From NCBI GenBank assembly GCA_052327205.1, contig JBMRGM010000042.1, forward strand, positions 25,482,001 to 25,546,000: a stretch of DNA of 64,000 nt, in the 5' to 3' direction. Below, piece after piece: positions 38,056 through 50,280 of the stretch (within the stretch, counting starts at the first letter, position 1; each line of letters begins with the position of its first letter). The notes under the pieces are model-generated. The model saw only the letters and a list, made by a program, of their open reading frames with translations, did not search any database and had not been told where the DNA came from. The translations under genes and the position numbers were made by a program. The DNA comes from Somniosus microcephalus. Lineage: Eukaryota.

Positions 38056-38640
38056 GACATTCAGCCTCCGATCTTCGGGTAAGCATTCTCAAAGGCGGCC
38101 TTCGAGACACACGACAACGCAAAATCGTAGAGCAGAAACTGATAGCCAAGTTCCGCATTCATGAGCACGGACTCAACCGGGAACTTGGGTCATGTCAAGT
38201 TACATGTAACCCCACCTGACGTAGGGTCATCCAGACTCGAGTCGTCGTTGGCTTGTTCTCTCTACACTGATGCGGCCGGACCTGGTGATAATTCAAGCAA
38301 AAAATGTTTTGTCGTCTGTTCTTTGTTTTTCATACAGACTCCAGCATCTGCAACATTTGACCCCTTGTGACCCCACCTCGTTGTTCTTTGATGTAATGTT
38401 TTCCTGACTAACCTGGAAACCATTGACACCTTTGATTGCTGTGATTATCTCTCTGCCGAGGTGTGATAAATGGCAGTTAGAAAGATTACCTGTATTCATC
38501 TGACATTATTCTCTGACTATATAAGCTGTGTCTTTATGCATCTCTCCACTTCACCTGACGAAGGAGCAGCGCTCCGAAAGCTTGTGATTTCAAATAAAAC
38601 TGTTGGACAATAACCTGGTGTTGTGTGACTTCTTACAACT
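38056..38640 (+). mobile_element. Penelope-like element 3' end (GIY-YIG C-terminus plus pseudo-LTR)
   Basis: HSASDLRVSIL...RKIVEQKLIAKFRIHEHGLNRELG, hammerhead motif, AATAAA near 38593. Confidence 0.85.
38551..38587 (+). ncRNA. Minimal type I hammerhead ribozyme motif
   Basis: TCAC-CTGACGA-A-GGAGC-AGC-GCTCC-GAAAGCTT-GTGA: core boxes, 5-bp stem II, 4-bp stem I, palindromic AAGCTT stem III. Confidence 0.85.
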
Positions 38641-39029
38641 GTAGAACTGCACAGAGTGTGGGTCACTAACCAGATTGGAACAATCGGATCTACTTTGAAA
38701 TCATTGTTTCGGGTGACTGATCTCTCCCCTCCGTGGAGCTGCCTTCATGTTGTACAAATGTAATCGATTTCAAACGGCAATATTTTTGCTCTTGATTGAA
38801 GTGGTTTGGGAAAAAGCATATAATGTGAAATGTATTGATAATATTCTGTTTCCCATTAGAAAGCCATTGACAGAAGCAGATTTCATGACTTACTCTTACT
38901 CTCAGTACAGTTAATGAAACACTTTAGTTGTTTTAGTGCTGAATAATCACCTTTTCCCAGCACGGCCCTGTAAATCTGTGGGTCATGAGTGCTGAAATGT
39001 ATTACCTGTGTATCAGACAAGATGATTAT

Positions 39030-41070
39030 TTTTATTCAGTTATGCGATCTGGTTGTCGCTGGAAAGGCCAGCATCTATTGCTCATGCCTCGGTGCCTTTG
39101 AACAGGTGTTAGTGAGTCGCTTTCTTGAACCTCTGAAGTCCGTGTGGTGAAAGGACTCCCACAATGCTTCTAGGGAGGGAGTTCTAGTATTTTGACCCAG
39201 CGGCGATGAAGGATCAGCGATATACTACTAAGTCAGGACGGTGTGTTACTTGGAGGGGAACTTGTATTTGTTGCACCTGCTGCCCTTGTCCTTCTAGGTG
39301 AAAGAGGTGGAAGAGGTCGTGGGCTTGGGAGGTGCTGCCGAAGAGGCCTTGGCGAGTTGCTGCAGTGCGTCTTGTAGACGGTACACACTGCAGCCACTGT
39401 GCGCCAGTGGTGGAGGGAGTGAATGTTTAAGGTGGTGGATGGGGTGCCAATCAAGCAGGCTGCTTTGTCCTGGATGGTGTTGAGCTGCTCGAGTGTTGTT
39501 GGAGCTGCACTCATCCAGGCAAGTGGAGAGTATTCCATCACACTCCTTACTTGTGCATTGTAGATGGTGGAAAGGCTTTGGGGAGTCAGCAGGTGAGACA
39601 CTCGCCGCAGAATAACTAGCCTCTGACCTGATCTTGTTGCCACAATAATTATGTGGCTGTTCCAGTTAGGTTTCTGGTTAATGGTGACCCCCAGGATGTT
39701 GATAGTTGGGGACTCGGTGATGGTAATGCCATTGAATATCCAGGGGAGATGGTTACATTCTCGCTTGCTGGTGATAGTCATTGCCTGACACATCGGTGGT
39801 GCGAATGTTACCTGCCACTTATCAGCTCAATCCTGAACGTCGTCCATATCTTGTTGCATGCGGTGAAGGACAGCTTCCTTATCGTTGAGTTGCGAATGGC
39901 GCTGAACACTGTGCAGTCAACAGCGAACACCGCATTTCTGAACTTATGCTGGTGGGAAGGTCATTGATGAAGCAGCTGTTGATGGTTGGGCCTAGGACAC
40001 TGCCCTGAGGAATTCCTGCAGCGACAACCTGGGGTTGTGATGATTGACCTTCAACCACCACAACCATCTTCCTTTGTGCTAGGTAGGACTCCAGCCAGTG
40101 GAGCGTTTCCCGCTGATTTCCATTGACTTCAGTTTTACTAGTGCTCCTTGATGCCAGACTCGGTCAAAATGCTGCCTTGATGTCCAGGGCAATCACTCTC
40201 ATCTCACCTCTGGAATTCGGCTCCTTTCTCCATCTTTGGACCAAGGCTGTATTGAGGTCTGGAGCAGAGTGGTCATTGTGGAACACAAACTGGGCCTCAG
40301 TTAGCAGGTTATTGCTGAGTAAGTGCCGCTTGATAGCACTGTCGATGACACCTTCCATCACTTTGCTGATGATTGAGAGTAGTCTGATGGGGCGGTAATT
40401 GGCAGAGTTGGAATTGCCCTACTTTTTGTGGACAGGACATACCTGGTCAGTTTTCCACATTGTTGGATAGATGCCTGTATTGTAGCTGTACTGGAACAGC
40501 TTGGCTAGAGGTGCAGCTACTTCGGGAGCACAAGTCTTCAGCTCGATTGCAAGGATGTTGTCCGGGCCCATAGTCTTTTCTGTATCCAGTGCGCTCGGCC
40601 GTTTCTTGATATCACATGGAGTGAATCGAATTGGCTGATGAATAGCTTCTGTGATGCTGGAGACCACGGGAGTAGGACAATATGGATCATCCACTCGGCA
40701 CTTCTGGCTGAAGTTGGTTGCAAACGCCTTGTATTTTGCACTCACGTGCTGTGCTCCACCATCAGTGAGGATGGAGATATTCTTGGAGCCTCCTCCTCCC
40801 GTTATTTGTTTAATGGTCCAACAACATTCATCGAAACATCGAAACATAGAAGATAGGAGCAGGGGTAGGCCATTCGGCCCCCCGAGCCTGCTCCACCATT
40901 TAATGAGATCATGTCTGATCATTCAAATTCAGTACCCTGTCCCTGTTCCTTGTCCATGCTTGAGCTGAAGCCATGAGACATCATGGAGTCTGGCGTCAAT
41001 TTTGAAGGTTCCGAGGACCACTCCTTTCTCCTTTCCGACTATATACCACTGTGCCACCATCCCTGGTTAA
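39030..41070 (-). mobile_element. L2/CR1-superfamily LINE, interrupted by a CR1 tail at about 40835-40960
   Basis: ORFs 39233..39793, 39879..40067 (GIPQGSVLGP), 40164..40361 (ALDIKAAF), 40419..40922. Confidence 0.9.
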
Positions 41071-41680
41071 ATGTAGTTACTCTGATTAGCAAATGCTGGG
41101 AAGAGGTGTTCCACAAGGATCGGTGCTGGGACCAATGTTGCTTTGCATTTACAGAAATGATTTGTACTCGCGATTCAGGAGTACAAGTTCAAACTTTGCG
41201 AATGACATCAAATTGGGTGTCTCTTTGATACAGTGAAGAACTATGATACAAAACAGGAAGACATTAATAAACTAGTAGAATGGGCGTGCAATTGACAAAT
41301 TAACTTCTATATAGATAAGTGTGAGATAGTACATTTTAGTAGGAAGAATAATGAGGTTGCATATTCCTTGGAAAATAAGTGTTTGAATGGGGTAGACGAA
41401 TAGTGAGATCTGGGGTTACAGGTATAGAAATCACTAAATGCAGGTTGGTAAAGAAATTTTAAAAAAACAAAGCACTGGGCTTAATTTCAAGAGGCACAGA
41501 ATGAAAAGCAGAGAAGTTATGTTAAACTGGAATAGCATTGGTGAGACCTCACTTGGAGTAATGAGAATATTTGTGGTCTCCATATTATAAAATATATTTA
41601 GTTGCTCTGGAAAAGGTGTAAAAACGATTTACTAGAATGATAGGAGAACTGAGAGTTTATCTGCTGGACAAGCCATTGGA
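41070..41680 (+). mobile_element. Degenerate CR1 RT fragment
   Basis: GGTGTTCCACAAGGATCGGTGCTGGGACC (GVPQGSVLG), GTGAGACCTCACTTGGAG (VRPHLE). Confidence 0.75.
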
Positions 41681-41898
41681 CCTGGCCATTTGCAGAGCGG
41701 GGGCTGAATGAGAGAGGCAACGGTGATAAAAGGAGCGTGGAGTGAAGGCCCGAGACTAGAGGAGGTAGCGGACCTGGTCGTGACAAGAGCGGGAGCAGAG
41801 CGAGAAAGGCAGCAACTCAAAAGAGGCAGAATTCCAAAGAGTGACGTCACAGTAGAAAAAGTGACATCGGCGCAAGGGAAGGAGCTGATTGGAGTGGC

Positions 41899-42376
41899 GA
41901 CCCGAGGTCCGAGATCACAGCGGGAGCGGGACCGGATCTGAGACGGGGATAAAAGGAGTAGCGACCCGAGGCCCGAGATCACAGTGGGAGTGGGTCCGGA
42001 GCTGAGATGGGGAAAAAAGGAGCGGTGACCCGAGGCCCGAGATCACAGTGGGAGCAGGACCGGAGCTGAGACGGGGACAAAAGGAGCAGTGACCCGAGGC
42101 CCGAGTTCAGAGTGGGAGAGGGACCGGAGCTGAGACGGGGATAAAAGGAGCGGCGACCTGAGGCCAGAGATCACAGTGGGAGTGGGTCCGGAGCTGAGAT
42201 GGGGAAAAAAGGAGCGGTGACCCGAGGCCCGAGATCACAGTGGGAGCAGGACCGGAGCTGAGACGGGGACAAAAGGAGCAGTGACCCGAGGCCCGAGTTC
42301 AGAGTAGGAGAGGGACCGGAGCTGAGACGGGGATAAAAGGAGCGGCGACCTGAGGCCAGAGATCACAGTGGGAGCG
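41899..42376. repeat. 64-bp tandem repeat (about 7.5 copies) with a 192-bp higher-order period
   Basis: GACCCGAG at 41963, 42027, 42091; variant GACCTGAGGCCAGAG recurs at 42155 and 42347. Confidence 0.95.
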
Positions 42377-43186
42377 AACCAACAAGAGGCACAAAGTCGG
42401 TGAGCGATTCAACACGGGAATGACGTCAGAAATCAAAAGTGTCGCTGGCAATACTCCAGTTGTGGCCTAACCAACGCTTTACAAAGATTCAGCATATCTC
42501 TGCTTTCATACACAGTACACTCTCTCAAATTGTCATGCCACCTTCAGGGAAATATGCACATTAACTCCAAGGTCACTCTGTCCCTGCACACTCTTTAACA
42601 CTGTGTCATTAATTGTGCATTGCCTCTCCTTGTTCCTCCTGCCAAAATGCAGCACCTCACACTTCCCTGTATTAAATTTCATCCTCCATCCATCTCCGGT
42701 GCAACTGCTCTGACGATGCCACGTTCCATACCAGTGCTTCTGACATGCCTTCCTTTTTCCTCAACCGAGGATTACCCTCTACTGCGGCAGACACGGCCCT
42801 TGACAGTGCCCGTTCAATCTCCCACACTTCTGCCCTCACTCCTGCCCCTCCCTCCCGGTCCCACGACAGTGTTCCCCTTGTCCTCACCTTTCACCCCCAC
42901 CAGAGACAACATTCAACGGATCATCCTCCGTCATTTCCGCCAACTAAAACGTGATCCCACAACCAAACACATCTTCTCCTCACTTCCCCTTTCAGCGTTC
43001 CGAAGTGACCGCTCACTCCGCAAAACCTTGGTCCACTCCTCTACCACCCACAACAGCCCTTCCCCTTCGCTCAGCACCTTCCTGTACAAGCGCAGGAAAT
43101 GCAACACATGCCCTTATACCTCCCCCTTCCCACTATCCAGGGCCCCAAACACCCCTACCAGGTGAAACAGCGATTTACATGTACCA

Positions 43187-45346
43187 TTTACTTGTGCAAA
43201 TCAGATCATGACTCCATCCTGCTGCTACCCACCTATAGGCAGAAACTGAAACAGGAAAAGCCTGTGATGAGATCTCTACAACGCTGGTCGGATCAATCAG
43301 ACGCTATGTTATAAGACTGTTTTGATTCCACTGATTGGGATATGTTCTGGAATGCCTCTGACAATGACATCAACACTTATACAGATTCAGTCATTAGTTT
43401 CATAAACAAGTGCATAGATGACGTTGGTCCGAGGATTGTTGTACGAACATTTCCAAACCAGAAAACATGGGTAAATGGCGATATCCGTGCTATGCTAAAA
43501 GTACGGTCCATCACATTCAACTCTAGGGACATGGATGAGTTCAAGAAATCAAGGTACGACCTCAGAATAACCATCAAAAATGCAAAAAGTCAATACACGG
43601 ACAAAGTGGATTCACACTATCATAGCTCAGATTCGCGAAGGATGTGAAGTGGACTACAAACTATTACAGACTACAAAGGGAAACCCAGCTGTGTCATGCC
43701 CAGCAATGCCTCTCTCCCGGACGAGCTAAACACTTTTTACACCCGGTTTGAGGCCAACAACAACTGGCCTGTTACAAGGGCGCCAGCGGCTCAGGAGGAC
43801 TGGGACTTCTTAATCTCGGTGGCTGATGTAAGCAAGACTTTTAAGAGAGTGAAAACCCACAAAGCCCCCGGTCCAAATGGAATCCCTGGGCGTGCCCTTT
43901 GAGCATGCGCTGACCAGCTGGCAGCCGTGTTTACGGATATATTCAACCGTTCACTGTACCAGTCTGTAGTCTCCACCCGCTTCAAGATGCCGTCGGTCAT
44001 TCCAGTCTTCAAAAAAACAAAAGTAACCTGTTTAAGCGACTGCCGCCCCATAGCACTCACTTCTGTCAGCATGAAGTGCTTTGAGAGGCTGGTCAATACC
44101 CACATCAACTCCTTACTACCTGACACACATCCGCCCAAACAGATCTCGGGATGATGCCATCGCCACTGTACTGCACACTGCCTTATCACACCTGGATCAG
44201 AGGAACACCTATGTGAGAATGTTGTTCATTGAGTATAGTTCAGCATTCAATACCATTATCAATTCCAAGCTTGTCAACAAGCTCAGTGAGCTACGACTTA
44301 ACATTTCCCTATGCAACTGGATCCTGGACTTCCTGATGGGCAGACCCCAGGTGGTGAGAATAGGCAATAACACCTCCTCCACACTGACACTGAACACGGG
44401 AGAACTCCCCAGGGTTGTGTGCTCCGCCTCTTATCCACTCCCTGTTTACTCACGTTTGCATGGCCACGCACAACTCCAACTCCATCATCAATTTGCTGAT
44501 GACAGGACAGTTGTAGGCCTGGTCACAGATGGCGACGAGACAGGCTACAGGGAGGAGATAAGAGCCCTAGCAGAATGGTGCAAGTACAGCAACCGCTCCC
44601 TCAACATCAGCAAAACAAAGCAGATGATCGTGGACTACAGGAAGTGGCAGGGAGAGGGACACACCCCAACCTACATCGAAGGGGCTGAGGTGGAGAGGGT
44701 CATCAGCTTCAAATTCCTGTGTGTATTCATCACGGAGGACTTAACGTGGTCCCATCACATCGACGTCGTAAACAAGAAGGCATGCCAACGCCTGTTCTTC
44801 CTCAGGAGACTGAAGAAATTTGGAATGGCCCCCTAGATTCTCACCAACTTCTACCGGTGCACCATCGAGAGTATCCTGTCCGGCTGCATCACTACCTGGT
44901 ATGGCAACTGCACCGCCATAGACTGCAAGGCTCTACAGATGGTGGTGAAAGCTGCACAACATACTATAGGAATTAAACTACCTGCTGTGCAGGATATCTA
45001 CCCCGAGAGGTGCCGAGGGAAGGACCTGAGAATCATCAAAGATGCGAGCCAGCCCAGCAACAACCTCTTTGCCCTGCTCCCGCCCGGTAAGAGATATCAA
45101 AGCATATGGTCTCGTACCAGCAGGTTTCGAAACAGCATCTAACCCCAGGCCATAAGAGTCATGAATGAATAATTTATTATTATGTATTACTGTTGTTTAA
45201 TTTATTATTACAGTATTTCTATTATTATTTTATCATTGCTATTCCATATTTATTCCAATGTTAGGAGGACTCGTAAAAATCAACATGTCATTGTGCAGTA
45301 CACGTGGCTGCTGCATACATGACAAACAATAAAAAATTGAATAGAT
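43187..45346 (+). mobile_element. Rex1/Babar LINE, 5'-truncated
   Basis: [72 protein letters not shown]; AT-rich tail. Confidence 0.92.
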
Positions 45347-45477
45347 CTTCTTGCAATTTACACCCCTTACCCTTCGCTCTACACTTTCCCGTACAAGCGC
45401 AGAAGATGCAACACATGCCCTTATATCTTCCCCTTCCCACTTTCCAGGGCCCCAAACACCCCTACCAGGTGAAACTT

Positions 45478-48400
45478 CCTGGCACTAGGGGTGGCTCTGC
45501 TGCACAGAATGGGAGGAAAAAGAGGGGTAGAGCTATAGTAATAGGCCATTCTATTGTAAGGGGAATAGATAGGCGTTTCTGCGATCGCAAACTAGACTCC
45601 AGGATGGTGTGTTGCCTCCCTGGTGCAAGGGTCAAGGATGTCTCCGAGCAGCTGCAGCACATCTTTGAACAGCCAGTTGTCGTGGTGCATATAGGCACCA
45701 ACGATATAAGTAAAAAGCGGGATGAGGTCCTAAAAGCGGAATATAGGGAGTTAGGAGGTAAATTATAAAACAGGACCTCAAAGGTAGTAATCTCAGGATT
45801 ACCACGTGCCACGTGCTAGTCAGAGTAGAAATAGAAGGATACTTCAGCTGAATACCTGGCTGGAGGAATGGTGCCAGGGGGAGGGAATACCTGACCATGG
45901 TAAAGGATAGCAAACTGAGAAAAACTTTGACAATGTACAGACTTAGTGAACATAACCTGGCGATCGAAAAAGTAGACACAGACAGACCCGGCTACCAAGA
46001 GAGGACAGGATATGCTCTCACTGCAGTCAGGGAGTGGTGGAGACAGAGATGCACTTCCTCACAGCTTGTAGAAAATATCAGGGCATAAGGGAGAATTTCT
46101 ACCCAAAATTCACAAAAATATGCCCGGAATTCAGAAATTTGAATGACGACCAAAAACTCCCATACCTACTAGGGGAAGAGAGAAATTGCATAACACTAGC
46201 GGCACACTATGTTACAGCTTGCCATAAACAGAGGGACAACCAGTAAATATAAGAAAAAAGTATATATAAATTATATGAAAGTATATATTTATACACTCAG
46301 GGATATATCTGTTTATACACTGTATGGATAGATCTGTATTTTTGTGAACAAACATGAATGTTTTCCGATGCTTTGGCAATATAAGATGTAACTTGTCATG
46401 CCAATAAAGCGATTTGAATTGAATTGAATTGAAATTGATTCAAGTTCCTGGGAGATTGGAACCGGTTCTGGGGGAGGTGGGACCAGTTTAAACAGGACGG
46501 TTTGCACCTGGGCAGGGTTGGAACCGATGTCCTAGGGGGAGTGTTTGCTAGTGCTGAGGGGGATGGTTTAATCTAAAATGGCAGGGGGTGGGAACCTGAG
46601 CAGGGAGACAGAGGAAAGTGAAACAAGGATAAAAGCAAAAGATAGGAAGGAGAAAACCAAAAGTGGCAGTCAGGGAAATCAACAGTTTAAATCAAACGTG
46701 GCCACAGTAAATAATAATTCTAATAGGTCTAAGAGCGTTAAAAAACAAGCTTGACCGCTATGTGTCTTAATGCATGGAGCACTTGTAATAAGGTGGATGA
46801 ATTAGCTGCGCAAATAGAGGTAAACAAATAAGATTTGTTTGGGATTACAGAAAAATGGCTCAAGGATGGCCACGATTGGGGACTCAACATCCAGGGGTAT
46901 TCGATATTCCGGAAAGATAGGCAAAAATTAAATGGAGGTGGGGTAGCACGACTGGTTAAAGAAGGGATTAACTCAATTGTAATGAAGGATATTAGCTCGG
47001 ATGATGTGGAATCTGTATGGGTAGAATTGAGAAATACTGTCGGGAAAAAAACGTTAGTGGGAGTGGTATATAGACATCCCAACAGTAAGGCGCAGGTTGG
47101 GGATGGCATTAAAAGGGAAATTAAAAAAGCGTGCAGCAAGGGCACAGCATTCATCAAGGGTGACTTTAATCTACAAATAGAGTGGGCAAACCAAATTAGT
47201 AACAATACTGTGGAGGAGGAATTCCTGGAGTGCTTACGGGATGGTTTCCTGGACCAATATTTCGTGGAACCAACCAGAGATCAGGCCATCTTAGACTGGG
47301 TATTATGTAACGAGAAAGGATTAATTAGCAATATTGTTGCACGAGGCTCCTTGGGTCAGAACGATCATAATATGATTGAATTCTTCATTAAGATGGAGAA
47401 TGAAATAGTTGACTCAGAGACTAGGTTCCTGAATTTATATAAAGGAAATGACGATGGTCTGAGGAGCGAGTTGGGTAGGATTGATTGGGGAATGGCACTC
47501 AAAGGGTTGACAGTGGATAGGCAATGGCAAATATTCAAAGAACGAATGGTTGAGCTACAGAATTTGTTCATCACATTTTGGCATAAAAATAAAACAAAAA
47601 AGGTGACGCAACCGTGGCTAACAAGGGAAATTAGGGATATCATAAGATCAAAGGAGAGGACATATAAATTGGCCAGCAAAAACAATAATACTGATGATTG
47701 GGGGCAGTTTATGATTCAACAAAGGAGGACAAAGGGACTAATTAAGAAAGGGAAAATAGAATATGAGAGTAAGCTTGCGAAGAACATTAAATCTGACTGT
47801 AAAAGCATTTATAGATAGGTGAAGAGAAAAAGATTGGTGAAGATAAGCGTAGGTCCCTTGCAGTCAGAATCAGGGGAATTTGTAATGGGGAACAAAGAAA
47901 TAGCGGACCAACTAAATACATATTTTGGTTCTGTCTTCAAAAAGGAGGACACAAATAACCTCCCAGAGATGCCCTGGAACATAGGGTCAGATGAAAGGGT
48001 GGAACTGAAAGAAATCAGTATTTGTAGGGAAATGGTGTTAGGAAAATTGATGGGACTGAATGCCAATAAATCCCCAGGGACTGTTAATCTACATCCCTGG
48101 GCACTTAAGGAAGTGGCCCTGGAAATAGTAGATGCATTGCTGGTCATCTTACAGAACTCGATAGATTCTGGAACAGTACCCATGGGATACTGTTCAAAAA
48201 AGGTTGTAGAGAAAAAGCGGGGGTTTATAGACCGGTAAGCCTGACATCGGTATTGGGGAAAATGCTAGGGTCCATTATAAAAGATGTAATAGCAGAGCAC
48301 CTGGAAAGCAGTGACGGGATCGGACAAAGTCAACATGGATTTTCAAAAGTTAAATCATGCTCGACTAATCTACTGGAAATTATTGAGGATGAAACATATA

Positions 48401-49606
48401 AAATAGATAAGGGAGAACCAGTGGATGTGGTGTATTTGGATTTTCAGAAGGCTTTAGATAATCTCCCACATAAGAGATTAGCGTGCAAAATTAAGGCACA
48501 TGGGATTGGGGGCAAGGTATTGACTTGGATAGAGAACTGGTTGGCGGACAGAAAGCAAAGAGTTGGAATAAACGGGTCATTTTCCGAGTGGCAGGCTGTG
48601 ACTAGTGGGGTACCACAAGGATCGGTCTTGGACCCCAGCTGTTCACAATATATATTAATGATCTGCACGAGGGAATTGGATATAATATCTCCAAATTTGC
48701 AGACGACACAAAGCTGGGTGGGAGGGTATGCTGAACGAGGATGTTGTGAAACTGCAGTACGATTTGGACACGTTGGGTGACTGGGCAGAAACGTGGCAAA
48801 TGCACTATAATGTGGATAAATGTGAGGTTATCCACTTTGGTGGCTAAAACAGGAAGGCAGATTATTGTTTGAATGGCAATAGATTGGGAGAAGGGGAGTG
48901 CAAACAGACCTGGGTGTTCCAGTGCACCAGTCGCTGAAGATAAGCACGCAGGTGCAGCAGGCGGTTAAGAAGGCAAATGGTATGTTGGCCTTCGTAGCAA
49001 GAGGGTTCGAGTACAGGAACAAGGATGTCTTGCTACAGTTGAGCAGGGCCTTGGTGAGACCGCACCTTGAATATTGTGTGCAGTTTTGGTCGCCTTATCT
49101 GAGGAAGGACGTTCTTGCCATGGAAGCATTGCAGCGAAGATTCACCAGGCAGATACCTGGGATGGCAGGAATGACGTATGAGGAGAGATTGTGTCGATTG
49201 GGCTTATACTCACTGGAGTTTAGAAGAGTGAGACGGTATCTCATCGAAACCTATAAATTTCTGTCAGGCCTGGACAGACTAGAGACAGGAAGGATAACCA
49301 GGGTCATAGTTTAAGGATAAGAGGTAAGCCATTTAGGACTGAAATGAGGAGGAATTTCTTCACCCAGAGAGTGGTGAACCTATGGAATTCTCTGCCACAG
49401 AGGGCGGTGGAGGCCAGTTCATTAAAGATATTCAAAAAGAGTTGGATATATTTCTTAAGGCTAAAGGGATCAAGGGATATGGGGAGAAGGCAGGGACAGG
49501 GTACTGAATTTGGATGATTAGCCATGATCTCATTGAATGGCGGAGCAGGATCGAAGGGCCGAATGGCCTACTCCTGCTCCTATCTTCTATGTTTCTATGT
49601 TTCTAT
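45478..49606 (+). mobile_element. CR1 LINE (second family), 5'-truncated, GAAAC target-site duplication
   Basis: ORF1 esterase (IGHSIVRG, HIGTND), ORF2 fragments 46835..49314, (GTTTCTAT)n tail; GAAAC on both sides. Confidence 0.93.
45886..46437 (+). mobile_element. LINE 3' fragment with a C-terminal CCHC knuckle, probably RTE-X, inserted in CR1 ORF1
   Basis: LTMYRLSEHNLAIEK, then frameshifted EDRICSHC...VETEMHFLTAC; tail CCAATAAAG...(TTGAA)n. Confidence 0.75.
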
Positions 49607-50245
49607 GAAACAGCGATTTACTTGTACTTCTTGCAATTTAGTATACTTTATTCGCAGCTCACGATGCAGTCTCCTCTACATTGAGGAGACCAAACGCAGA
49701 TTGGGTGACCGCTTTGCAAAACACGTCCATTCAGTCCGTAAGGTTGACCCCGAGCTTCTGGTCGTCTGTCATTTCAATTCACCGCTCCATTCCCGCTCAG
49801 ACCTCACCATACTCGGGCTCTTGCATTGTTCCACTCAATCTCAAGTTAAGCTTGAGGAACACCACCTCATCTTTCGATTAGGCACTTTACAGCCTCCTGG
49901 ACTCAAAATAGTGTTCAACAATTTCAGATCATAACCTCGGCCCCTATTATATATATTTTTATCACAAACTTTTTGTTTATGTCTTCTTTTCTTCTCTCCC
50001 ACATGGCAGCTGTATTTCATTCTGCAAGCGCAATTTGCACTTTATCTCGAGCCATCTTCTGTTGCTTAACTTATCACATTACCATCTGCTTTTGCTGTGA
50101 ATACCTGTTAATATCTCTTAATGTCTCTTAACCTCTCCTTCCTTCCACCCTATCACAGACTTTCCCTTTTGTTCTTGCATCCCATCCCCCCTTTCCCAGC
50201 CCCTACACTTGCTTTAAAATCTGATCCGTTTCCTGCTTTTTTCCA

Positions 50246-50280
50246 GTTCTGATGAAAGGTCATCGACCTGAAACGTTAAC
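50246..50280 (+). ncRNA. Minimal type I hammerhead ribozyme motif
   Basis: GTT-CTGATGA-A-AGGTC-ATC-GACCT-GAAACGTT-AAC: core boxes, stem II, palindromic AACGTT. Confidence 0.85.

Noticed and set aside
41975-42375. CACAGTG heptamers as V(D)J recombination signals
   Set aside because: The nearest nonamer-like ACAAAAGGA is 26 nt away rather than 12 or 23, and no V, D or J coding segments are adjacent
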